From Candidatus Aminicenantes bacterium (GTDB taxonomy: Bacteria > Acidobacteriota > Aminicenantia > Aminicenantales > Saccharicenantaceae): 61,360 bases of DNA. The stretch covers positions 1-61,360 of the forward strand of contig VGJC01000001.1 in NCBI GenBank assembly GCA_016867635.1, given 5' to 3'. This document shows, piece after piece, positions 54,494 through 61,360 of the stretch; the first letter of the stretch is position 1, and each line of letters starts with the position of its first letter. The position numbers were made by a program, and so were the translations under genes. Under the pieces are notes generated by a model. It had not been told where the DNA came from. It made no database searches and worked only from the letters and a program-made list of their open reading frames with translations.

Positions 54494-57400
54494 GGATCAA
54501 GTCGGTCTTCCGGATCCGCGAGCTCGTCCGCCGGCTCGTTCAACGGATCCGGAGGATCACCGTCGCCGTCCTCGTCCTCGGGTTCCTCGGCGGAAGCCTG
54601 GTCGTCGGCCGGTCCGTCCTGGTCGGGGAGATCCGCAAGGAGCTCCGCAAGACGTTCGCCTATGCCGACCTTCGGGTTTCCTCCTTCCCGCCGGCCATCC
54701 TCCTCGAGGAGGTCCGGACCTTGACCGATCCCCCCCTGTTCCGGGCGCGATCGGTCAAGGTGGGGATGCCCCTGTGGTCCCTGCTTCGGAACCGCAAGGC
54801 CGTTTCGGTCGTGTTCGATTCCCCCGAGGTCCGCATCGGGCCGGAGGCCCTGCGTCCGAGAGCCGCGCGGGCGAGACCCGCGCTCTCCCTGCCCTTCAAT
54901 GTCGACAGGGGCGTCGTCAGGAACGGGGCGGTCCTCTACGAGGGCGGCGGGACGCGCCTCGAGGTCCGTGGGCTCGAGGCCTTATTCACGCAGAGAGGCG
55001 ACCAGTTCAGCCTCCGGGCCGGATCGGACGACGCGAAGTACGAGTCCCTTGCCGGCGAGGCGGTCCTGCTGGCCGGCTTCGACATCTCGCTTTCGGGCAG
55101 GGGCGATAACATCGCGGTCCAGCAGTTGAAGATCGAGGGCCCGGACGTCCTCTTCGAGGGCCGGGGGCGCTTTCGGGCCTACCGGGATCCCGAGATCGAG
55201 CTCGACACGCGCTTCGAGATCGAGACGGGCGAGGTGTCCGCGCTTCTCGATCTGCCTTTCGACTGGAAGGGCAAGGCCGGCGGGGAGGGGAAGTTCCTGC
55301 GGAGATCCGGGCAGATCTCCGTCGAAACGACCATCGCCGCCGACGACCTCGTCCTGTGCGACGTTCCCATGGGCCGGATCCGGGGCGGCGTCCGCCGGGA
55401 GCCCGGCAAGGACGTCGAGGTCGACGTCGTCATCCAGAAACCCGGGCTGCTTCCCGAGACCCTGACCCTGGCCATCGGAGGAGGCAGGGTCGAGGGGCGG
55501 GCCGGCCGGGTGTTCATCGACCCGGTCTTCAACGAGATCGAGGTGCCCTGGCCCGTGCGGTCCCCTGTCTGGGGGACGTTCGTCGTCAGGGACGGAAAGC
55601 TCGAGGCGTCGGCCGAATTCCGCGATACGTCCCTCGAAAGGGCGGGCGACAGGTTCGCTTTCCGGGGAGGCGCCGAAGTTTTCGTCGATTTCCGAACCAA
55701 AGAGATACGGGTCGAGACACCCGACCTTCAATCGAATTTCGCCCGCCTGGAGGCCCGCGCGGCGATCGACCTCGACGGGGACATCGACACCAGGATCCGC
55801 GGCTCGGTCCTCGATGTCAGGCAGGCCCGGGAATTCGTCTCCCTGATCCTGAACGAGACCTTCGATTTCGGAGAGATCCGCGGCGCGGGATTCGCCGAGG
55901 TCAGCCTGAGCGGCCTTTCGGCGGCCCCGGTCGTCGACATCCGGGGAACGTTCTCGCCCGGCGGTTTCGACCTGCTTGACGCCGCTTTCGTCGAAGCGGA
56001 CACCCGGATCACCGCCCAGGGTTTTGCCGGGACGTTCAAGATCGACGACCCCGAGCTCAAGGGCCAGGTCCGGGTCGCGGGCGATGCCGCCCGGACCGAG
56101 GTCGAGGTCCGGGGCGGGGAGGGGGAGCTGGCCAGGATCTTCCCGGCCCTCGAGATCCCCGTTTCTCTCCGGGGTCGGGCGGCCGGCGATTTCAGGATCG
56201 TCCGGACGAATGAAGAAGAGGAATATTCCGGGACCTTCTCGAGCCCCGAGATCTCCGGCTACGCCCAGACCGCCCGGGACGTCGCCGGCCGGCTCGAGTT
56301 CAGGAACGGGGTCCTCGCTTTCCCCGAACTGGGGCTGGACCTTTACGGGGGACGGTTCGAGGGCCGGTTGCTCATCGGCCTCGTCGACGGCGAGTTCGAT
56401 GTCGATCTCCGCGGCCGGGACGTGGACCTCTCTCTGTTGAGCTCGGACGCCGCCGGGGCCCTTTCTCTCACGCTGGGCGGCCGCGGCGTTTTCGGCGCGG
56501 ACACGCTCGGCGGCGCTTTCAGCGTCAGGGACCTGCTCTTTTCTCCTCTCGAGAAGACCGAAGCCCGCGGCGCGCTCGAGCTGGGCTACGAGGATGGCCA
56601 GGTCGTTCTGGGGATCAAAGGCGGGCTGGCTCCCGGAGAGAATCCCTTCGAGGCCCGGGTCGCCATCCCCACGACCGGGGAGCCGTTCCGCGGGACCGTC
56701 AAGGGGACCCTGGGGAACCTCGACCTCCTCCTGCCGTGGGACGGCGCCCTCGGGCGGGTGGATTACGCGGCCGACATCGTCGAAACGGTCGATTCGACCC
56801 GGGTCGCCGTGGCGACGGGCTTCCGGGGGTCCGTGCTGCCCCTTCCCGGGTTCCCCTATGCCGTCACCGATTTCTCCGGAGAGGCCAGGTACGAGGAGGG
56901 CTCGCTGACGATGACCGCCTTCGCGGGCCGACTGGGCGGCGGGACCGTCCAAGGGACGGGGGAGCTGAGGACCGGCCCGGACGGCATCGAGACGATGGAC
57001 ATGCGGGCCGAAGCCAGGGACATGAACCTGTCCCCGGCCGAGAGAGTGAGGGCCCAGGTCGAAGGGACCCTGCGGATGCTCAAGGACAAGCAGCGCTTCG
57101 TCCTCGAGGGCGACCTGATGATCAAACGCCTGAACTGGCGTCGCGAGATCACCGAGGGATTCTCGTTCTCCTCGGTGGCCGACCCGGAGGAGGATCCCGG
57201 GCCGTCATTCTTCGACGGCCTGACCCTCAATCTCCGCCTCCAGGGGGACGACAACGTGATCGTGGAGAATTCGCTCGGACGTTTGTCCGGGCGCTTCAGT
57301 CTGGCCGTCACGGGAAGCCTCGAAAATCCCGTCTTGCTCGGCGATGTCGACATCCGCAGCGGCGACATCTATTTCCAGGACCGGACCTTCCGGGTCCTCT

Positions 57401-57972
57401 ACGGCCGCCTGAGCTTCACCGACCCTCTCCGGGCCGAGCCCTATCTGGACTTCCGCGGGGAAACGTATGTCAAAGATTACCGTGTGACCCTCAGCATGAA
57501 CGGACCGGTCAGCCGGATGAGGCCCGAGTTCTCGTCCTCGCCGCCCCTGCCCCCTGACGAAGTCCTGGCCCTCTTGGCTTTGGGGGAGTCGTTCCGGAGG
57601 ACCTATTACACATACTCCATGGACCGCAGCGCGGCCATGAGCACGGCCTCTCTCCTGACCTACCAGATCGCCGACCAAGCCAAGAAGAGGACGAGCGGCG
57701 TCTTCACCCTGGACCGCTTCCGCATCGACCCCTATTTCTCCGAGAGCTCGCCGGGGTCCATCGCCGCCCGGTTGACGGTCGGGAAGAAGCTGTCGAGCAA
57801 CCTGCTGCTCATCTACTCCACGATCCTGGCGAATTCGAACGTCCAGGCCGCGGAGGAGGAGTCCCCCATCTTCCGCATGGAGTGGGACATAAGCCGGAGG
57901 TTCTCGCTGGTCGGCGGACAAGACGACCGGGGAAAGCTGAGCATCGATGTCAAGTACCGGAAGAGATTCTAG
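54490..57972 (+). CDS. tamB: TamB-like translocation and assembly module protein (AsmA-like, C-terminal DUF490)
   Basis: 1160 aa with a GTG start overlapping the tal stop, an N-terminal TM anchor and a long beta-rich body. The C-terminal ...[49 protein letters not shown]... is the pattern typical of TamB. Confidence 0.8.
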   Translation: MRIKSVFRIRELVRRLVQRIRRITVAVLVLGFLGGSLVVGRSVLVGEIRKELRKTFAYADLRVSSFPPAILLEEVRTLTDPPLFRARSVKVGMPLWSLLRNRKAVSVVFDSPEVRIGPEALRPRAARARPALSLPFNVDRGVVRNGAVLYEGGGTRLEVRGLEALFTQRGDQFSLRAGSDDAKYESLAGEAVLLAGFDISLSGRGDNIAVQQLKIEGPDVLFEGRGRFRAYRDPEIELDTRFEIETGEVSALLDLPFDWKGKAGGEGKFLRRSGQISVETTIAADDLVLCDVPMGRIRGGVRREPGKDVEVDVVIQKPGLLPETLTLAIGGGRVEGRAGRVFIDPVFNEIEVPWPVRSPVWGTFVVRDGKLEASAEFRDTSLERAGDRFAFRGGAEVFVDFRTKEIRVETPDLQSNFARLEARAAIDLDGDIDTRIRGSVLDVRQAREFVSLILNETFDFGEIRGAGFAEVSLSGLSAAPVVDIRGTFSPGGFDLLDAAFVEADTRITAQGFAGTFKIDDPELKGQVRVAGDAARTEVEVRGGEGELARIFPALEIPVSLRGRAAGDFRIVRTNEEEEYSGTFSSPEISGYAQTARDVAGRLEFRNGVLAFPELGLDLYGGRFEGRLLIGLVDGEFDVDLRGRDVDLSLLSSDAAGALSLTLGGRGVFGADTLGGAFSVRDLLFSPLEKTEARGALELGYEDGQVVLGIKGGLAPGENPFEARVAIPTTGEPFRGTVKGTLGNLDLLLPWDGALGRVDYAADIVETVDSTRVAVATGFRGSVLPLPGFPYAVTDFSGEARYEEGSLTMTAFAGRLGGGTVQGTGELRTGPDGIETMDMRAEARDMNLSPAERVRAQVEGTLRMLKDKQRFVLEGDLMIKRLNWRREITEGFSFSSVADPEEDPGPSFFDGLTLNLRLQGDDNVIVENSLGRLSGRFSLAVTGSLENPVLLGDVDIRSGDIYFQDRTFRVLYGRLSFTDPLRAEPYLDFRGETYVKDYRVTLSMNGPVSRMRPEFSSSPPLPPDEVLALLALGESFRRTYYTYSMDRSAAMSTASLLTYQIADQAKKRTSGVFTLDRFRIDPYFSESSPGSIAARLTVGKKLSSNLLLIYSTILANSNVQAAEEESPIFRMEWDISRRFSLVGGQDDRGKLSIDVKYRKRF

Positions 57973-60745
57973 AGGACGGAAGCCGCGGCGGGGCCCCGGG
58001 CCGGGGTGCCTTCCCGTCCTCCTGGCCCTTCTCCTCTGGCCCGCGACGAGGGCGGCGCAGGCCCAGGAGACGGGCCTTCCGGTCATCGCCCGGGTCGTCG
58101 TCCAGGTCGACGGTCGCCCGGGGGAAGCGGCCCTCCTGGACCTCATCCCTCTCCAGGCCGGGGAGCCCTATTCCGCGAGGGCCGTGGACCAGGCCGTCAA
58201 AGCGATCTTCCGGACAGGGCTCTTTTCCGATGTCCAGGTCCTCAAGTCGGGGGACGAGGACGTCGAGCTGACCTTCGTCCTGGCCAGGAACCTGTTCGTC
58301 GCCGATGTGAAGTTCCGCGGCACCCGGGCCCCGGCGGCCCGCCTGATGGACGGGCTCCTTTCGCTCCGGCCGGGGAGCGTTCTCTCGGAGGAACGTCTTC
58401 CGGTTGCAGCCGGGGAGGTCCGGGCAGCCCTGCGCGGCGAAGGCTTCTTCGACGCTAAAGTCGAGGTCGAAGTCCATAAGGACGCCCGTTCCTCTTCGGC
58501 CAGGCTCGTTTTCCGGGTCGATTCCTGGAAGACCGTCCGGGTCCGGTCGATCGCCCTGGAAGGGGATGTCCTTGCCGACCGGGACGCCCTGCTGAAGCGT
58601 CTCAAGTGCCGGCCCGGCGACCCCTACGTCCCGGCCCGGCTCGAGCGCGGCCGACAGGCCCTCGCGGCCTTCTACGCGGCCCAGGGATTCCGGCGAGCGG
58701 AAGTCCGGCTGGAAGAAGAGTCCTTCGACGAGGAGCGCAGCGAGGTGGGCCTTCGGGTCGGGATCGAGGCCCATGAGAAGATCCGGGTGGAGATCCGGGG
58801 GGCCCGGGTCCCGGCCCGGCTCGTCGAGCCGATCTGGGATGAACCCATTTTCGAGCAGTGGGGCCTGGAGGAGGGGGAAGCCCGGGTCCTCAATCATGTC
58901 CGCCGGAAGGGATACCTTCAGGCGGCGGTCGACGGCCGGATCGAGAAGACGGAGGACGGGCTGGCCGTCATCTACGAGGTTTCGCGCGGAGAAAAATTCC
59001 GCGTGAGGGAAGTCGAATTCCCCGGGCTGGCGGCCTATTCGCCGGACGATCTGAAGGTCCTGCTGGCGGTGCGCGAGGGCGTGCCCTTTTTCGACCTTCT
59101 CGGATACGACCGCCTGTTCGCCCTGCCGCGGGACATCGAGACGCTCTATAAGGAGAACGGTTTCGCCGAGGTCCAGGTCAAGCTGGATTTCGTCCGACAG
59201 GGGGCCGACGTCAAGGCGGTCTATTCCGTCAGAGAGGGCGCCCAGCGACGGGTGAGCTCCGTCCGGCTCGAAGGCGTCAGCCTCTTCTCTCCGCAAGCCA
59301 TGCTGGCCGAATTGGCCAACAAGGAAGGCGGTCCGTATTTCCCTCCGAACGTCCAGCGGGACGTCGGCCGGATCGAGAACGCCTACCTCGACCGGGGCGC
59401 CCGGGGAACCGAGGTCCTGCCCCGGGTCGAGATGGGCGAAGACCATCGCGTGTCCCTGGTCTTCGAGATCACGGAGGGCGAGCCGTTCGTCACCGGGAAC
59501 ATCCTCGTCACCGGCAACCGCATCACGAAGACCAAGGTCATCAACCGGGAGATCCAGGTCCGCAAGGGCGATGTCGCGGACCAGTCCCGGATCCAGGATT
59601 CGAAACGAAGGCTGGAACGCCTGGGCATTTTTTCCGAAGTCCGGCTGGAGCAGATCCCCACGGAGCCCGGCCACGAGATCCTCGTCGTGACCGTGCGGGA
59701 GGGGGAGATGAACTACGCGGGGATCGGGCTGGGGTTCGAATCCCGCAACCGGGTCAGCGGGTCCCTGGCTTCGTGGCCGGACGAGTTCCGGCCCCGGGGC
59801 ACGGCCGAATATATCCGGACCAACGTCCTGGGCCTCGGCGCCCAGGTCGGGCTCGTGGGCCAGCTCAGCGGCATCGAGAGGCGGATCGTCGGATCCTGGA
59901 GCCAACCCTACCTCTTCGGCCTGACCATGCCGACGACCCTCCTGGCCTGGGCCGAGAGAGAGGACCGGGTCAGCTTCAAGTTCGACCGCCGCGGCGTCAG
60001 CTTCAACACCGTCAAACCCCTAGGGGCGGCCCGGCTCCTGCTGGCCTCGCTGAGCCTGACCCGGACCGCGATCTTCGACGTCAGCATCGAGAACCCTCCT
60101 GAGGACATCGACCGGCGGTACCTGCCCTATTCCGCGGCCGTGGCCTCGCTCAGCATGAGCGGGGACAGGCGGGACGACACGCTGAACCCGGTCAGGGGGA
60201 CCTATTTCAACCTGGTCGGGGAGTGGGGCTTCCCGGTCTTCGGGATGGAATCGGATTATCAGAAGGTCTTTCTCAAATCGCAGTTCTACCGTCCCCTGTC
60301 GCCGGGCTTGAGCTTGAGCCTGACGGGCCGTTTGGGACTCGGCCGCAGCCTGAGGAACCTCCCGGAACGCTTCTTCGCGGGCGGCAGCAACACCTTCCGG
60401 GGAGAGGAGTTCGACATGCTCGGCCCGGCCGAGACCGGTGAAGACGGCTCGCAGAAGCCACTCGGCGGGGAAGCCGTGTTCCTCATCAACACGGAGCTCG
60501 CTTTTCCGCTCGTGCGGTCGTGGCGCGAGCTGAGGATCGCGGCCTTCTTCGACCTTGGGAACGTTTACGGCCGGCTCCAGGATTTCCGGCCTCTCGATCT
60601 CCAGGGCGCCGCCGGCGCGGGCATCCGCTACAGGACGCCCTTGGGGCCCGTGCGTCTGGAGGTCGCCTGGAAGCTCTGGACTTTCGAAAGCACGGACCGC
60701 AAGGGCAGGCCCCTGTTTTTCCTGACCATCGGCAACATCTTCTAG
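57947..60745 (+). CDS. bamA: Omp85-family outer membrane protein assembly factor (BamA-type, multi-POTRA)
   Basis: 932 aa with a signal peptide (...LLWPATRAAQAQ), repeated POTRA-like units (I..V...G........L......G..Y....) and a C-terminal barrel ending ...LFFLTIGNIF (terminal aromatic residue). Confidence 0.85.
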   Translation: MSSTGRDSRGRKPRRGPGPGCLPVLLALLLWPATRAAQAQETGLPVIARVVVQVDGRPGEAALLDLIPLQAGEPYSARAVDQAVKAIFRTGLFSDVQVLKSGDEDVELTFVLARNLFVADVKFRGTRAPAARLMDGLLSLRPGSVLSEERLPVAAGEVRAALRGEGFFDAKVEVEVHKDARSSSARLVFRVDSWKTVRVRSIALEGDVLADRDALLKRLKCRPGDPYVPARLERGRQALAAFYAAQGFRRAEVRLEEESFDEERSEVGLRVGIEAHEKIRVEIRGARVPARLVEPIWDEPIFEQWGLEEGEARVLNHVRRKGYLQAAVDGRIEKTEDGLAVIYEVSRGEKFRVREVEFPGLAAYSPDDLKVLLAVREGVPFFDLLGYDRLFALPRDIETLYKENGFAEVQVKLDFVRQGADVKAVYSVREGAQRRVSSVRLEGVSLFSPQAMLAELANKEGGPYFPPNVQRDVGRIENAYLDRGARGTEVLPRVEMGEDHRVSLVFEITEGEPFVTGNILVTGNRITKTKVINREIQVRKGDVADQSRIQDSKRRLERLGIFSEVRLEQIPTEPGHEILVVTVREGEMNYAGIGLGFESRNRVSGSLASWPDEFRPRGTAEYIRTNVLGLGAQVGLVGQLSGIERRIVGSWSQPYLFGLTMPTTLLAWAEREDRVSFKFDRRGVSFNTVKPLGAARLLLASLSLTRTAIFDVSIENPPEDIDRRYLPYSAAVASLSMSGDRRDDTLNPVRGTYFNLVGEWGFPVFGMESDYQKVFLKSQFYRPLSPGLSLSLTGRLGLGRSLRNLPERFFAGGSNTFRGEEFDMLGPAETGEDGSQKPLGGEAVFLINTELAFPLVRSWRELRIAAFFDLGNVYGRLQDFRPLDLQGAAGAGIRYRTPLGPVRLEVAWKLWTFESTDRKGRPLFFLTIGNIF

Positions 60746-60757
60746 GATAGGAGCCAT

Positions 60758-61360
60758 ATGAGGATCGCCAGGATCGCCGGTTGGTGCCTCCTGTGGGGCG
60801 CCCTGCTTCCGGCCCAGACCGTCAATTGCCTGGTCGCCGTCGTCAACGGCCATGTCATCACCCTGGTCGACGTCCAGGTCATCGCCGAATTCGGTCTGGC
60901 CCGCCGGACCGCGGAAAGCCCGGCCAAGGACCCGCGGCTCGCGGCCCTCGACGCTCTCATCGACCGGAAGGTCGTCCTGGATGTGACCCGGGAGGCGCGC
61001 TCGGTGGACAGGGAGGAAGCGACGGCGGCCCTCGACGAGGTCCGGCGGCGGCTGGGGGAGGCCGATTTCGGGGCGCGGTTGCGGAAGTTCGGGCTCCAGG
61101 AAAAGGACCTCAGGTCCTATGTCGAGGAGGCGCTTCTCTTCGAAAAGGCCCTGGCCCTGAGGTTCAGCCGCAGCCTGCCCGTCTCGCGCACGGACGTCGA
61201 GAGGCACTATCGGGAGATCTATGTCCCGGAGCGGGTCCGCCGGGGGCTCGAGCCCGAGCCTTTGGACCGCGTGACGGGCCCCCTCGAAGCCCAGGTCCGG
61301 GACCGCGATCTAAAGAAACAGATGGAGACCTGGATCAGGGACCTCAGGTCCCGGGCCGAC
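60758..61360 (+). CDS. SurA N-terminal-domain periplasmic chaperone-like protein (3' end beyond the window)
   Basis: Absent from the ORF track because there is no stop in the window. My translation from ATG 60758 (AGGATAGGAG upstream) is MRIARIAGWCLLWGALLPAQTVNCLVAVVNGHVITLVDVQV...ETWIRDLRSRAD, with a signal peptide and the VAVVNG..IT pattern of SurA_N. Confidence 0.55.
   Translation, partial: MRIARIAGWCLLWGALLPAQTVNCLVAVVNGHVITLVDVQVIAEFGLARRTAESPAKDPRLAALDALIDRKVVLDVTREARSVDREEATAALDEVRRRLGEADFGARLRKFGLQEKDLRSYVEEALLFEKALALRFSRSLPVSRTDVERHYREIYVPERVRRGLEPEPLDRVTGPLEAQVRDRDLKKQMETWIRDLRSRAD

Overview
By eye this is a GC-rich chromosomal segment (GC not computed) from an anaerobic, diderm bacterium. 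There are no rRNA or tRNA genes, CRISPR arrays or mobile elements. I call 57 CDS, almost all in four tightly packed transcription units. (1) Minus strand, about 9.0 to 1.3 kb: meaB, icmA, icmB, acyl-CoA dehydrogenase, crotonase, 3-hydroxyacyl-CoA dehydrogenase and thiolase, followed by tonB and an ECF sigma factor. (2) Minus strand, about 21.8 to 9.1 kb: GNAT, a NuoE-like gene, a block of DRTGG / GHKL-ATPase / [FeFe]-hydrogenase-like / PHP genes, then HndB-like, NuoF-like, NuoG-like, nfnA, nfnB and pta. (3) Plus strand, 26.6 to 45.4 kb: a 17-gene unit behind a consensus sigma-70 promoter. It runs mvhG, mvhA, ackA, V4R-like, HEAT-repeat, hdrC, hdrB, hdrA, mvhD, FrdB-like, FrdA-like, korDABC, class I fumarase, AOR, and sucCD is divergent from it. 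(4) Plus strand, 50.6 to 61.4 kb: hslVU, lipoprotein, FAH, tal, tamB, bamA and a SurA-like gene. A Cache/HAMP histidine kinase with a receiver-only regulator, a cNMP-binding protein, an AI-2E permease and a Ser/Thr kinase coupled to an LMW phosphatase lie between these units. Two candidates stand out. The first is the anchor-less fumarate-reductase-like pair translationally coupled to HdrCBA-MvhD and a group-3c-type [NiFe] hydrogenase, which may be a fumarate-linked electron-bifurcating complex. The second is a HydABC-type NADH/ferredoxin module in which a non-catalytic NuoG-like protein replaces the catalytic HydA, while a sensory-type [FeFe]-hydrogenase homologue and its DRTGG/ATPase/PHP partners are retained. 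The many long Arg/Gly/Pro/Asp-rich ORFs in the track are antisense shadows of real genes. All functional calls rest on motif recognition by eye; no database search was run.
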